From assembly GCA_035624185.1 (NCBI GenBank), contig DASPRZ010000063.1, forward strand, positions 2,349 to 66,348: a stretch of 64,000 nt of DNA. The letters are read 5' to 3'. The stretch's first letter is position 1, and each line of letters begins with the position of its first letter. The position numbers and the translations under genes were made by a program. Positions 1 to 10,178 of this stretch are shown here, piece by piece. This DNA comes from Candidatus Acidiferrales bacterium (GTDB lineage Archaea > Halobacteriota > Bog-38 > Methanoflorentales > Methanoflorentaceae). The notes below the pieces were generated by a model. The model did not search any database. It had not been told where the DNA came from and was given only the letters and a program-made list of their open reading frames with translations.

Positions 1-657
1 TTTTGACGCGTTTAAGATTGCTCCTTTAAGCTTTTTTCGTCTTTGAGTAAAAATACCCGTCACAAATTTTTTGAAAAAGTTTTCATCTGACACCTGAAAT
101 GGGGATTGAATGGGCACAAGCTTAACGATCGCAGATTCAACTTGTGGTGGTGGGATGAATGCATTCTTCGGAACATGGCCAAGAATTGACGCCTCAGCCT
201 TGTATCGTAGACAAACCGTAAGCCTGCTGTAATCCTTTGAGCCTTTGACTGCGACCATCCTCTTTGCAAACTCTAGTTGATACATTAAAATTCCACAAAT
301 GAAGTCGTGTTTAAGCAATTTAAAAGTAATGTCAGAGGATATCGAATATGGTAGATTTGAAACAGTCTTGTCAAAGGGTGGAAAATCAACGCGTAGTGCA
401 TCTCCAATTATTACTTCTACACCTTGAATTGTCGATAGAACATCAGCTAGATTTTTATCAAGTTCAATTACAATAACCTTATGAGCTCGTTCAGACAACT
501 TCGAAGTTAAGTTTCCAGTCCCGCCTCCAATTTCGAGGATAGTCTCGTCCCTTTTTACGTTTGCATAGTGTATTATTTTTTCAATAACATCGTCATTGAT
601 TAAAAAATGTTGGCCCCACTTTTGTTTTTTTAATGTTCTTTTTGGATAATGGGCCAT
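1..657 (-). CDS. rsmA: 16S rRNA (adenine-N6,N6)-dimethyltransferase KsgA/Dim1; the 3' end runs off the window
   Basis: Absent from the ORF track because it has no stop inside the window. My translation of the minus strand from ATG 657 stays open for all 219 codons: MAHYPKRTLKKQKWGQHFLINDD..ILEIGGGTGNLT (SAM motif I)..SNLPYSISS (KsgA/Erm motif)..PPPQVESAIVKL. The listed ORF 60..269 is an off-frame shadow. Confidence 0.85.
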   Translation of the reverse strand, partial: MAHYPKRTLKKQKWGQHFLINDDVIEKIIHYANVKRDETILEIGGGTGNLTSKLSERAHKVIVIELDKNLADVLSTIQGVEVIIGDALRVDFPPFDKTVSNLPYSISSDITFKLLKHDFICGILMYQLEFAKRMVAVKGSKDYSRLTVCLRYKAEASILGHVPKNAFIPPPQVESAIVKLVPIQSPFQVSDENFFKKFVTGIFTQRRKKLKGAILNASK

Positions 658-684
658 CAAAATTCCTTGACTCAGTAAAGTTCC

Positions 685-1242
685 TCATTTTGTGAAAAGT
701 TTATATTTGACGTGCTCATCGCTAAGCTCTTCTTCGATTCTCTTTACGATCACTTTTTCTGGATGGTAAAGGCCTTTGACTCTATGGGCAATATCTTCAA
801 AGTTTTCGAATGGCTTCTTTTTGCGCTCTTCCAAAATTGTCCACATTAATTTTTTGCCAACGCCAGGAAGAAGCCCTAAGGTGTGAAGACGCGTTGTAAC
901 AGGTTGGGCTTCGTTAAAAAATTTAATAAATCTATCTTCGTGGTCTCTTACTATTTGTTCAAGGGCGTAAGGAAGTTCTGCCTTGGCGCCGTGCGTCAGT
1001 TCTTTGTATATAAGTCTTTTTTTGACGTGATCGATTTTGTCTCTCTCGCCCTCACCAATATAGAGGCGTTCATATATCTGTGGGATCACATTTTCTCGCG
1101 GAACTAACTCAAGGAGTGTAAAATGATATTCTCCAACCGCGTGAATAATTGGCTTTTTCTTATAAGCAGGATGGGGGTCTTCAGGATGGCCATGTGGCAA
1201 ATAATCTAACACCCGAACGTAAGTTTCCTTCTCTCCTTTCAT
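685..1242 (-). CDS. DUF655-type helix-hairpin-helix protein (conserved archaeal neighbour of ksgA/rpoF/L21e)
   Basis: 185-aa ORF with YLPHGHP.. at the N-terminus and LLPGVGKK (HhH) at the C-terminus. It sits in the conserved archaeal L21e-rpoF-DUF655-ksgA arrangement. The family name is from memory. Confidence 0.7.
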   Translation of the reverse strand: MKGEKETYVRVLDYLPHGHPEDPHPAYKKKPIIHAVGEYHFTLLELVPRENVIPQIYERLYIGEGERDKIDHVKKRLIYKELTHGAKAELPYALEQIVRDHEDRFIKFFNEAQPVTTRLHTLGLLPGVGKKLMWTILEERKKKPFENFEDIAHRVKGLYHPEKVIVKRIEEELSDEHVKYKLFTK

Positions 1243-1262
1243 GACCGCTCCCCATATCCATA

Positions 1263-1607
1263 CTAAAAATGATGAGCTACAATGTCAAGTATTTCTTCAA
1301 GTTCATCTTCAGTGAGCGTAAATCTTTCTTTTGCGTAGATGGACCGTAACTCATTCTTAGAAAGTGGGGTAATATCTGCAATTCGAATTGCTATCTCCTC
1401 TTTCATCTTTTTCAAGTCTATCAATTCATTTACAAGGGCACGTGATTCGGCGACGTCGAGTTTAGCAAAAGTGTTTACGTGATCCAGCGCACGCTTTAGT
1501 TCATATTGAAGTTCTTCTTCAGTTTTTTGCTTTGATACATCAGTTAAAATTTCCTTTACTTCTGGCAGTGTTAGGTACTGTTCATCTAATATTCGTTTGA
1601 CTATCAT
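1263..1607 (-). CDS. rpoF: DNA-directed RNA polymerase subunit Rpo4/F
   Basis: 114-aa acidic helical protein directly downstream of rpl21e. Size and position match archaeal RpoF. Confidence 0.75.
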   Translation of the reverse strand: MIVKRILDEQYLTLPEVKEILTDVSKQKTEEELQYELKRALDHVNTFAKLDVAESRALVNELIDLKKMKEEIAIRIADITPLSKNELRSIYAKERFTLTEDELEEILDIVAHHF

Positions 1608-1612
1608 GTTTG

Positions 1613-1903
1613 TTACTTTTGAGGCTTTAAATGCTGTGGATTGGCTATTATCGTCTTAATGGAGTTCCCATCGTTGACTTCCACCAGATAAGCATTGCCT
1701 CGCTGACCTAAAATCTTTCCGGTTCTTCCATGAAATTTCGGATTAGGCATACCTTTGTGCACACTGGGATCTAGGTCGACGTGCACCATCTGTCCTTGTT
1801 CGAAATTTCTTATTGCCCAACTAACCGGTGATAAACCCTTTTCCCTAATGCTCTTCTTCAATTTATATCTTGTTTTTCTTCTCTCACCGTGCGATTTTGG
1901 CAT
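1613..1903 (-). CDS. rpl21e: 50S ribosomal protein L21e
   Basis: [31 protein letters not shown].. is a typical L21e sequence, 96 aa. Confidence 0.9.
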   Translation of the reverse strand: MPKSHGERRKTRYKLKKSIREKGLSPVSWAIRNFEQGQMVHVDLDPSVHKGMPNPKFHGRTGKILGQRGNAYLVEVNDGNSIKTIIANPQHLKPQK

Positions 1904-3114
1904 TAAAGCCCTCCATTCACTTCTAATACATCAAGTTCTGCAATCTTTACCCGTATGCCAAGGAGTTCAGACAAATTAGGCATTGTCCTGCCCTCATCGC
2001 CTGATATAAGCTCCTTCACGTACAGTCCACCTTCGCATTTTATAAATATGTGTTCTCCTTCCAGCTTCACCGAGTAAACTTCTCTCATCCGTTTTATTTC
2101 AGCTCGACGATGTGAAACACGTGTGGGAGTAATTTGTTCGATCGTGCCCTTTAACTGTGATAAAGCTTGTTCTAACTTTTTCCTGTTAATTGCACCTTCG
2201 TATGTAAGTTTAAGTCTATAAACTTTATCTGACTTAGTATTTTTAATAGTTTCAACAGAATTATGGTTGACGAATTTCAAATCAGAGACTGCAACTTTCT
2301 TTTGACTGCAGTTTATAGACATCTCAAGCTTTTTGAGATCAAAATATCTTTTTGCAGGTTTTTTTACCTCAAGCACAAATGGTCTTCCAGTACCAAGCAT
2401 CCGAGCATCAATATCTTCACGACCAGCCCCGTGAAAGATCACATCAATACCCTTACTGATTTTTAATAATGGACTTGCAATAATCTCCTGAATCGACTCG
2501 GAGTACATTTTGCCAGTAAAATCACACCGGCTGCAACCCCGTCCTCCGCATTCTCTGCAAGGCCATCGAGTCTGTGGGACATCTCTTACAAACTTTTTAT
2601 ACCTTCCGTATATGAAAATTGGGTTAATTGTGAGCTCGACCGTTTCCCTAGCAAGATCTAAAATAATTAAGACTTCTGGTTTTTCAAATTCAGCTCGTTT
2701 ACTCGTAGCTTTTTCAACTTTTTTTCCAACTTCTCTATTCAAGTGAGATTTCAGGGGTTCAGCCACGGTAGTTTTTGATTCAAACCAGAGAATTTCTTCA
2801 TTTTCTGAAAGTCTTCCAGACAATTTGGTTCCAATTAAGAAGTTATCAAATTCATATCCTTTTAGTGCTTCCACAGAACGGTCAACCCAAACATCAAGGT
2901 TATTAAAAAGTCCCCCGCATACCCAACAACTCTCGTTTTCGCAATGGCATTTGTTTGCATCAATAGGCTCGTCGTCAAGCATAGCTAAAACTAACTTTAT
3001 CGCTCGACCACGCTGCTTGTTTGTAAGATTAGTTGAGAGTTTAGCGAACTGCCTGCCAAGACAATCTTCACAAATTGGCCCCTCTTTCAAAATTAATCTT
3101 ATGACTTCAAACAT
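1903..3114 (-). CDS. pus10: tRNA pseudouridine(54/55) synthase Pus10
   Basis: 403 aa. N-terminal Zn-ribbon CxxC pairs (CEDCLGR.., CWVCGG), a THUMP-like middle region and a C-terminal pseudouridine synthase core (..[16 protein letters not shown]..). Confidence 0.85.
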   Translation of the reverse strand: MFEVIRLILKEGPICEDCLGRQFAKLSTNLTNKQRGRAIKLVLAMLDDEPIDANKCHCENESCWVCGGLFNNLDVWVDRSVEALKGYEFDNFLIGTKLSGRLSENEEILWFESKTTVAEPLKSHLNREVGKKVEKATSKRAEFEKPEVLIILDLARETVELTINPIFIYGRYKKFVRDVPQTRWPCRECGGRGCSRCDFTGKMYSESIQEIIASPLLKISKGIDVIFHGAGREDIDARMLGTGRPFVLEVKKPAKRYFDLKKLEMSINCSQKKVAVSDLKFVNHNSVETIKNTKSDKVYRLKLTYEGAINRKKLEQALSQLKGTIEQITPTRVSHRRAEIKRMREVYSVKLEGEHIFIKCEGGLYVKELISGDEGRTMPNLSELLGIRVKIAELDVLEVNGGL

Positions 3115-3689
3115 TTTCTATCTAGTTCGTTATGGACTAAAATAATACAGTGATCAGTATGCAGTGCTATCGGCCCTAAGCTTACTCGCTTGGTTTTATG
3201 AATTAAAGCCTCTTCTTCTTTCGTTAGTCCTAAATGGTCTCCCAGAATAAATATCATACGTTCGTGATTCAAATTAACTGCTCGAATATCTTCCCCAGTT
3301 TCATGAAGGTAAATAATATTGGAGATATCAACATCACTAAGGACATCTTTTAGATTTGCGCGCCTAACATATACACCTCGAGTTGAAATTTGTTCATGCC
3401 CTCTTACATCAATAGAAAGAGCTTTTTTTATAAGAGAACCAGCGCTTCTTTCATCAGGATTTAAGTATTTTAATTCTGACCCCTCAAATCGTAAGACTTT
3501 TGGGGGGTTTGGTTCCCCCAGTAACACTAGTATTATTCGTGTGTCGCGTCTGATGTCAAATGAAGTAAAAAACGCCGAATTTACACAACGAGCTAGTATA
3601 TCAATGCGGCCTGCAGACCCCGGCATATCATTTAACGGGAACTCTCCCGACGTCACCGCTTTGTGCCCAATTACTATAAATTCCCGCAT
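3099..3689 (-). CDS. trmY: tRNA (pseudouridine54-N1)-methyltransferase TrmY (SPOUT, DUF358)
   Basis: 196 aa: MREFIVIGHKA.TSG.F.LNDMPGSAGRIDILARC.N.. is characteristic of TrmY. It overlaps pus10 by 16 nt. Confidence 0.8.
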   Translation of the reverse strand: MREFIVIGHKAVTSGEFPLNDMPGSAGRIDILARCVNSAFFTSFDIRRDTRIILVLLGEPNPPKVLRFEGSELKYLNPDERSAGSLIKKALSIDVRGHEQISTRGVYVRRANLKDVLSDVDISNIIYLHETGEDIRAVNLNHERMIFILGDHLGLTKEEEALIHKTKRVSLGPIALHTDHCIILVHNELDRKCLKS

Positions 3690-3709
3690 GGCACCGAAAG
3701 ATGTCCAAG

Positions 3710-4369
3710 CTACTGGGGATTTAAACGTTCAGTAAATGCAAGCGTTCCTGAAATTTTCTTAACTCTTACTTTAACAACGTCGCCTTTTTGCGTACCAGGA
3801 ACAAATAGTGAGTATTTTCCTATTTTGGCTATGCCATCGCCCCGTCTTCCTACAGCTTCTATGCGAACTTCATACGTCTCTCCCTCTTCGAGCGAATTCC
3901 TCGTCACTTCCTTTTTCACGAGTCGTTTCTTTATTGGTCTGTGAGCGCCGCATGCATCACATTTCAACATTAACGTGCGATCGCTTTTGGTGAGGTGGGT
4001 GTCTGGCCTGTTGCATTCAGAACAAATCACGAATTCTTCGACATACTCATCAATCAACGATGCTATCATTTCAGTGGAAAATCTTCCTTGGAATATTACC
4101 CTTCCACCTTCAGTTTTACCTGCAGTTCCGAGTTCTCGTAACAGGTATTTAAGGACGTGATCTGGATCTCTATTCAATATGCTGACAATCTCACTGAAAT
4201 TGTCAAGAACAGTCGTTCTTCCCTCTGTGAATACCTTTGGAGCAGGTATTACGAATCTCGCATCATCTCCCTTGATGCTCGGTAGTTTTTTAATTCCTCG
4301 TGTTAAAAATTCTTCATAACTGCTCGTTTCGTACACCTTCTTATCTTCTAATTTTTTTAGTGAACACAT
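3710..4369 (-). CDS. eif2b: translation initiation factor aIF2 beta subunit with a C-terminal TRAM domain
   Basis: aIF2-beta core with the zinc ribbon [15 protein letters not shown], followed by ~60 aa ([52 protein letters not shown]) that matches the TRAM beta-barrel pattern. Confidence 0.85.
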   Translation of the reverse strand: MCSLKKLEDKKVYETSSYEEFLTRGIKKLPSIKGDDARFVIPAPKVFTEGRTTVLDNFSEIVSILNRDPDHVLKYLLRELGTAGKTEGGRVIFQGRFSTEMIASLIDEYVEEFVICSECNRPDTHLTKSDRTLMLKCDACGAHRPIKKRLVKKEVTRNSLEEGETYEVRIEAVGRRGDGIAKIGKYSLFVPGTQKGDVVKVRVKKISGTLAFTERLNPQ

Positions 4370-4399
4370 GAAGAGAGTATCTGCCTGTTAGTAATATAT

Positions 4400-4921
4400 T
4401 CACGCCTCGATTAACTCTGCTCCTTGATCTATAACTATCCTGCACGGAGGCGCTATCTTCATTGACGCACGCCGTAACGCCTCTTTAGCTTTTGCGAAGT
4501 TTTGAGGGTTCATATATACTGTGAATATCCTCTGGTTGGATTTTACTCGTGCTGCCGTTCCCACAGCTTTTCCAAAAGCTCGTCTCATTCCGTCTTGCAC
4601 ACGGTCAGCTCCTGCACCCGTTGCCATCTTGTTTTCGCGCAGCACATGATGAGGGTGAACCCTTAGTTTGAATCTATAATTAAGACGCCCTATTGCTTTG
4701 ATGAGATATCTATTAGCTGAAATTCGTGCAGCTTCGAGCGCACTATGCCTAACTTGGCACCCCTCTTCTACAATGAGCGAAACAGCTACTTTGAAGTCAC
4801 CGCTTAAGTTACCTGTATCAAATTGAACAACTTTGCTGCCAGGAACCCCCCCCATGTACTCCCTACGGGTATATGCCGGTCCAGATACTTTTCGGTACAT
4901 CTTTGCTGGTTTACGTGCCAT
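4400..4921 (-). CDS. rpl10e: 50S ribosomal protein L10e (uL16)
   Basis: [28 protein letters not shown].., 173 aa. Confidence 0.9.
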   Translation of the reverse strand: MARKPAKMYRKVSGPAYTRREYMGGVPGSKVVQFDTGNLSGDFKVAVSLIVEEGCQVRHSALEAARISANRYLIKAIGRLNYRFKLRVHPHHVLRENKMATGAGADRVQDGMRRAFGKAVGTAARVKSNQRIFTVYMNPQNFAKAKEALRRASMKIAPPCRIVIDQGAELIEA

Positions 4922-5079
4922 TTCGTTCTATCTCCAAATAAAAGCAATAACTATAATAACATACATCGACTGGCTAATAAACTTTACCGACTGTCAACTA
5001 AATAATTTCCAAAAGTTTCAATTATTATTGTAATAATCAAATTTCAGTTTACAGAAACTTTATATCAACGTCGGCGGCT

Positions 5080-5718
5080 TTACGTAATTTTTGCTATTAC
5101 AGCCGCGTGGTCTTTGTGAAATGGTTCAAGCTCCCTTACGGCTTCAATTTTGAACATCTCCTCTAGCTTTTTTATTTGAGCTTTGTACACTTCGCGAGGT
5201 TTGGCCGTCACATCGACGCTTCGCGCTTTTATCATTATAAATGCGTAACCTCCAGCTTTTAAAAACATCTCGGCATTTTTCATAGCAATTTCAGCTTGTT
5301 TTTTCTGTGCCACATCTTGATATATGATGTCTACCAATTCGACGACTTGACTATAATCCGGCCTGTAAGCATCTGATATAAGAGGTATAATATTCATCCT
5401 GTTTTCGCATACCCGTATAAGGTCTCTGGCCACGCGAGGGCTCAGCTCAACCGCGTACACTAACGAAACGATATCAGAAAGATGGGACACGGTAGTGCCA
5501 GAAGCTGCCCCGAGATACAGAACCTTATGGTTAGACTCTATTGCCAAATCTCCTTTTTTTCTTATAAGGGCTGCTAATTTACTCCTTCTCGGATCCCAGA
5601 ATCTATAGTCTCCAAAAGTCCTTTCACCGTAAACTGTGCTTCCTCTCGTTGCTAGATTATTATCGAGAAAATAGACTCCTGTGATTTTATGTGGTTTTAT
5701 CTGCATTCTCCTCTTCAA
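5080..5718 (-). CDS. flpA: fibrillarin-like rRNA/tRNA 2'-O-methyltransferase
   Basis: ..VLYLGAASGTTVSHLSDIV.. SAM motif, 212 aa. Directly downstream of nop5 and overlapping it. Confidence 0.9.
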   Translation of the reverse strand: MKRRMQIKPHKITGVYFLDNNLATRGSTVYGERTFGDYRFWDPRRSKLAALIRKKGDLAIESNHKVLYLGAASGTTVSHLSDIVSLVYAVELSPRVARDLIRVCENRMNIIPLISDAYRPDYSQVVELVDIIYQDVAQKKQAEIAMKNAEMFLKAGGYAFIMIKARSVDVTAKPREVYKAQIKKLEEMFKIEAVRELEPFHKDHAAVIAKIT

Positions 5719-6616
5719 TCTTACTTGAGAGCTTTTTCATTTTTTCTACCTTTCTCTCAAGACCTTCTAATAATTCAGGATATAAATTAGTTGAGTAATT
5801 GTCAAGTCTTGCCGCTATGGATATTTTAGAGGCTAACATACGAGCTATTTTTCCTCTTTGCGATACATCACTCCTGTTTACAAGTGGATGTTGGTATATT
5901 ATTCCATGCTTTGGTGGCTTTGTGCCATACCTCAAGTGCCTAAAAAGCGCTTTGGATGCGCCAATTACCTGCACTGTGCTCGAAGGCATCTTTGCAAGGT
6001 TATTGAGCCCGCCTGTTTTAGACATAAGACGTGCTCCTAGCAGCGCTCCGGCTACATTTGTTAAATTCGGTGCAAACGAGCTCATTTCAGAAGAAATATG
6101 ATCCGCGATATGCTGCCTTGTCTCACGCAGCCTTGTAACCATAACAGCGAAATCTACTGCAAGGGCATCACATCGCATTTCTTTGGATGAAATAATAGCT
6201 CTTTCTAATTCTTCACCTTTTAAATACTCAAACTTCAACCCTTGCCATTCGGTAAGCCTTTCGGATAATAAATTAATTGATTCATCTATATCATCAATGG
6301 ATTCCACACACTGAATTATCTGCTGATCCTTTTTACTTTCTGCTTCAAGAACTCTCTTTCTCGCAAGCTCCAATGTAACTTCTCTTAATGTCTCAACATA
6401 CTCTAAATCAGACGTAACAAAACCCGAAGATATAGCAATATTTCTAAAAAGGTTCCTACAATTTTTATCCAAATTAAGGGTATCTCTGCCGTTTATCTTC
6501 TTTAAAATTGAATCCACATTCTTTTTCACAATTGTAGAACTGACTAGAGCGCCATTTTCAATTTTGAAGTCACCGAACCAAAGATGAACGTTATATGTTC
6601 TATCGCTCATTTTCAA
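5687..6616 (-). CDS. nop5: C/D box sRNP core protein Nop5 (Nop56/58 homolog)
   Basis: 309 aa with a C-terminal Nop domain (..GALLGARLMSKTGGL.NLAKMPSSTVQVIGA.KALFRHL....PKHGIIYQHP..). Paired with flpA. Confidence 0.8.
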   Translation of the reverse strand: MKMSDRTYNVHLWFGDFKIENGALVSSTIVKKNVDSILKKINGRDTLNLDKNCRNLFRNIAISSGFVTSDLEYVETLREVTLELARKRVLEAESKKDQQIIQCVESIDDIDESINLLSERLTEWQGLKFEYLKGEELERAIISSKEMRCDALAVDFAVMVTRLRETRQHIADHISSEMSSFAPNLTNVAGALLGARLMSKTGGLNNLAKMPSSTVQVIGASKALFRHLRYGTKPPKHGIIYQHPLVNRSDVSQRGKIARMLASKISIAARLDNYSTNLYPELLEGLERKVEKMKKLSSKIEEENADKTT

Positions 6617-6757
6617 TTAGTTGCTCTCTCATTAATTAATTATTTTAAAGACGAAGGTATGCCATTCATAAACTAATGAACGTGAATATATTAATTTGAA
6701 GTATAACCGAGCGTAGATTTATAATTTATCAATTCTAAATGGGTGTGAGGGGGCTAA

Positions 6758-7654
6758 TTGAAGACTAAGATCGGAACTCTGAAACTAGAAAACCCGACAA
6801 TGCTAGCCGCTGGAGTACTTGGAACAACGGCATCTTCTCTTCGTAGGGTAATGCAAAATGGTGCTGGAGCTGTTGTTACTAAGTCTATTGGATTATATCC
6901 GAGAGAAGGACATCGGGGCCCAGTTCTCGTGGAGATCGAGGGAGGATATATCAATGCTATGGGGCTCCCAAACCCGGGACTAAAGTTTATTGAGGAACTT
7001 GAAACTCTGCGGACATTCGACGATTTAAAGCCAATAATCGTTAGTATCTTTGGAAGTGACGAAAGAGAATTTATAAAACTTGCAACTAGCGTCTGTAGGC
7101 TAGCAGATGCTGTTGAACTTAATCTTAGCTGCCCACACACAAAAGGTTACGGGCTTGAAATAGGGTCTCAGCCGATTGTTGTAGAAACAATAACGAAAAG
7201 GATAAAAGAAACAGTAGAGCTCCCCGTTTGGGTTAAGCTTACACCGAACGTCAACGATATAACTTCTATTGGAAAGGCAGCTGAGCGCGGCGGTGCAGAT
7301 GCTGTAGTTGCTATAAACACAGTTACCGGCATGGCAATCGATGTACAAAGCGGGACGCCGGTTCTTGGAAATATATTTGGAGGGGTTTCTGGGCATATAA
7401 TACGCCCTATCGCTGTTAGATGTATCTATCAACTTTATAGAGAGTTGGACATACCGATAGTTGGTGTGGGCGGAGTTAACGACTATAGGAGCGCGCTTGA
7501 GCTCATAATGGCAGGGGCCGAAGCGATTCAGGTAGGATCGATCGTTGCAAAAAATATATCGATATTCAAGGAGGTTTCGGACGGCATAACTAGGTATTTA
7601 AGCGAAAGAAATTTTAACCTTCGTGATATCGTTGGGATTGCTCACAGACGGTGA
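6758..7654 (+). CDS. pyrD: dihydroorotate dehydrogenase, class 1 catalytic subunit
   Basis: ..[12 protein letters not shown]......R......[10 protein letters not shown]...PREGH.GP...[13 protein letters not shown].. and ..GGVSG..IRPIA.. motifs, 298 aa. TTG start preceded by GTGAGGGGG. Confidence 0.9.
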   Translation: MKTKIGTLKLENPTMLAAGVLGTTASSLRRVMQNGAGAVVTKSIGLYPREGHRGPVLVEIEGGYINAMGLPNPGLKFIEELETLRTFDDLKPIIVSIFGSDEREFIKLATSVCRLADAVELNLSCPHTKGYGLEIGSQPIVVETITKRIKETVELPVWVKLTPNVNDITSIGKAAERGGADAVVAINTVTGMAIDVQSGTPVLGNIFGGVSGHIIRPIAVRCIYQLYRELDIPIVGVGGVNDYRSALELIMAGAEAIQVGSIVAKNISIFKEVSDGITRYLSERNFNLRDIVGIAHRR

Positions 7655-8580
7655 CGAGTTTGACACTAAGTGATCTTTTCGGTTCTGATGAAATAAACCT
7701 GGTAGAAAGTAGTTATGCGGCACTGAAAGAAACTGGATTTTCAAAATACATTTTACAAGAGATGCGAAGTAAGTCTCTCAAGATAGTTGCCCAGTTCGTT
7801 TGCAAAAATAGTGCACACGTTGTAGGTATTGCTTTTAAGGACGAACTTTGGACTCTCATCACAGATGTTGTTAATCTGGATAGTCAATTTGACAAATGTG
7901 CTAAAAACTTTTTTGATCAGGTTCAATCTAGTAACAAGATCGAGTATTGTCTCGATAGGTCAGAGCTTCATGATGCTGTCCTTATTATTCTATCGAATGC
8001 ACTTCTCAATGGCACAAATTGCGAGTGTAATATAAAACAGAGGGCCGACACTTTAGCTTATTCTCTTAAACGGCAAGAGAGGATAAAGTCGCTCTTTAAA
8101 ACGAAAATTGAGCTAATATATGACGTAAGTAAAGATAAAATGCTTGAGATATGCTGCGGCAATGGAATGGCAACGGCAGCACTGAGATCACTTGGATATG
8201 AGATTTTCGCTTTAGATAACGATAAATGTTCTATATGTGAGGGGTTATATCATGGAGCCCTCGAAATGAACAAAACTGTAGTGTTAGATGCGTCAACGAT
8301 ATCACACTATGAATTCTTTAATAGTCAAAACTTCAATAGTGTCGTTGGATTTATGCTTGGATCGATTTATGAATTTAATAAATATGATTGGCTAAAAATA
8401 TTTGCAGAGGCGGTCTCTATGGTCAATCGAGGCATTTTTATTTTCACAGTCCATAAAGAAGAAGAGGTAGACTTTATTTATGAAGTCATGGCAGACTTAG
8501 GAATAGAAGGTGATATCATGGATAATAGAGATAACTCAGGAATATATGATCAGTGGGTTTATATCGGTAAAAAGGAATAG
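7651..8580 (+). CDS. hypothetical protein with a C-terminal class I SAM-methyltransferase-like fold
   Basis: 309 aa. GTG start overlaps the pyrD stop (GTGA). The C-terminal half carries motif I-like LEICCGNGMAT and ..IFALDND... I do not recognise the N-terminal ~160 aa. Confidence 0.55.
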   Translation: MTSLTLSDLFGSDEINLVESSYAALKETGFSKYILQEMRSKSLKIVAQFVCKNSAHVVGIAFKDELWTLITDVVNLDSQFDKCAKNFFDQVQSSNKIEYCLDRSELHDAVLIILSNALLNGTNCECNIKQRADTLAYSLKRQERIKSLFKTKIELIYDVSKDKMLEICCGNGMATAALRSLGYEIFALDNDKCSICEGLYHGALEMNKTVVLDASTISHYEFFNSQNFNSVVGFMLGSIYEFNKYDWLKIFAEAVSMVNRGIFIFTVHKEEEVDFIYEVMADLGIEGDIMDNRDNSGIYDQWVYIGKKE

Positions 8581-8881
8581 AATTCGATTTTTTAAGAAAC
8601 GATTTGTATTTGATGTTTCTGTATGGAAGGAAATGTAAATGGCATTAAAAGGGATGTTTCGGAAAACAACTCTCTTATTTGTTAGACATTACAAATATTG
8701 ATTAAGTTCAACAAGAGCTATTAAGAAGCTGATTTACTTTGTTACAAAGGAAGGGTTCTGAAGGTTTAATTAATTATAAATTAAATAGCCAAGATCTCTG
8801 AAACTATTCAACCGTTGCAGCAGAATAACCTATCGAAATATAACTTGATATGTAAAATTACGAAATGAATTCATTGTAGAT

Positions 8882-9049
8882 ATGGATTTGGTCTACAGTC
8901 CATATGAGCGTGTGAAGTCTGAAGAAAATATCTCGGGAAGACTGGCCGAAAGTTCGCAATTGTTTAAAAGCGTGAGTTTTATTACTGATGAAGTCTTAGT
9001 CCTTCATACTTTCCAAATCTTAAACACAAACTTAAACCGTGAATCGTAA
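8882..9049 (+). CDS. small ORF (55 aa), possibly translationally coupled to the downstream gene
   Basis: Below the ORF-track cutoff. ATG 8882: [55 protein letters not shown]. Its TAA shares a base with the ATG of the 9049 gene (TAATG). Confidence 0.3.
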   Translation: MDLVYSPYERVKSEENISGRLAESSQLFKSVSFITDEVLVLHTFQILNTNLNRES

Positions 9050-9627
9050 TGGATAACAAAAAAATTTGCGCAGATTGTGGAACTAATTTATCTCAATATG
9101 AGCGATTTTGTCCTGAGTGTGGATCAGAATATAAAAAACCAGAAAAGAGTAAAGCTGCCACTTTTCAACCGCAACTTCAGAGCGGCTCGCAAAGTAGAAA
9201 TTTAATACAACAACAAAACGTTAAGCCACTGAAAAGGATCTCGGGAATCATATTTCCTATAACTAAGAAAAAACTATTAGTTAGTGGAATTCTGTTTATT
9301 ATAGCTTTATCATTAGTTGCCGCTGTGATCTATGTTCCATCAAATACAAAAAGTACTGCTGCGAATAGTACAGCAGCAGCTACAACTAATTCAAGCGCAG
9401 TAAGAAACCTTACAGCAATATCGACTCGAACACCGTTACAAACGCCAATACGGACGCCGCTACCAACACCTATACGAATGCCGCTGCCAACGCCAATGCC
9501 AACGCCAATGCCAACGCCAATGCCGACACCGCTACCTACACCCGAACCGACACCTATCCCGGAGCCGTTTCCAACGCCAACTCCTGTACCTACGCCAACA
9601 CCCATACCGCCAGGGTTAATTAAATAG
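9049..9627 (+). CDS. zinc-ribbon membrane protein with a Pro/Thr-repeat C-terminal tail
   Basis: N-terminal CADCG..(11)..CPECG zinc ribbon, one TM helix ([21 protein letters not shown]), an S/T/A-rich stretch, then [44 protein letters not shown]... Confidence 0.6.
   Translation: MDNKKICADCGTNLSQYERFCPECGSEYKKPEKSKAATFQPQLQSGSQSRNLIQQQNVKPLKRISGIIFPITKKKLLVSGILFIIALSLVAAVIYVPSNTKSTAANSTAAATTNSSAVRNLTAISTRTPLQTPIRTPLPTPIRMPLPTPMPTPMPTPMPTPLPTPEPTPIPEPFPTPTPVPTPTPIPPGLIK
9487..9522. repeat. perfect 3 x 12-bp tandem repeat (ccaacgccaatg) within a longer degenerate Pro/Thr-coding repeat (~9421-9600)
   Basis: Read directly: ccaacgccaatg three times at 9487-9522, followed by a degenerate copy ccgacaccgcta. 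Encodes (PTPM)n. Confidence 0.9.
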
Positions 9628-10178
9628 CTTCGCGATGAACGAATGAAACGCTGTTATAACAATACACGTGGGAAATATAGCGGACTACTATATTATTGAC
9701 TTTTTATCTAGAATTTGTCTGCGTTGATCAAAGGGGAAATTAACCCTGAAAGGATAGATCTCCCAAAGCTGATTTATTTCGTGTATATCCATTAGGGCAA
9801 TATTTCTAAATTAGCTCCTGGAGCTGATTTATCTGAAATATGACTTTGCAGCTCTTTCGTTATTGCATCTAACGAATGATCTTCTGAAGCAGATCTCTTT
9901 AGATCAAACCCTATAGAAACAGATTTATTAGAGTGAGCAGCAGAAACAAGCGCAAATTACGATATTATTGTCTCAAGATAGTTTCTTAAAGAATCTTAAT
10001 AAAATACAATTGAATTTAACATCAGTTTAAGCATTTGATAAAATTTGTTCCCACGACAAGCTGTAACATAGTTGAATTCACACCTATTGTGCAATACAAC
10101 GATGTTACAGAAAAGCTCTTTTTATATGCCATCTATAGAGCTACAGGCTTTATCCAAACCTTTATTGTTCTATTTAAG

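Noticed and set aside
9330-9605. Gly/Val-rich 91-aa ORF ([20 protein letters not shown]..)
   Set aside because: It is the reverse complement of the Pro/Thr repeat of the 9049-9627 gene and is an artefact of the repeat composition.
8727-9837. Recurring motif (a/g)agctgattta(t/c) at ~8727, ~9768 and ~9822, flanking the zinc-ribbon gene, as a possible regulator binding site
   Set aside because: There are only three short (~11 nt) AT-rich matches, which is within chance expectation for these spacers, and they show no palindromic structure.
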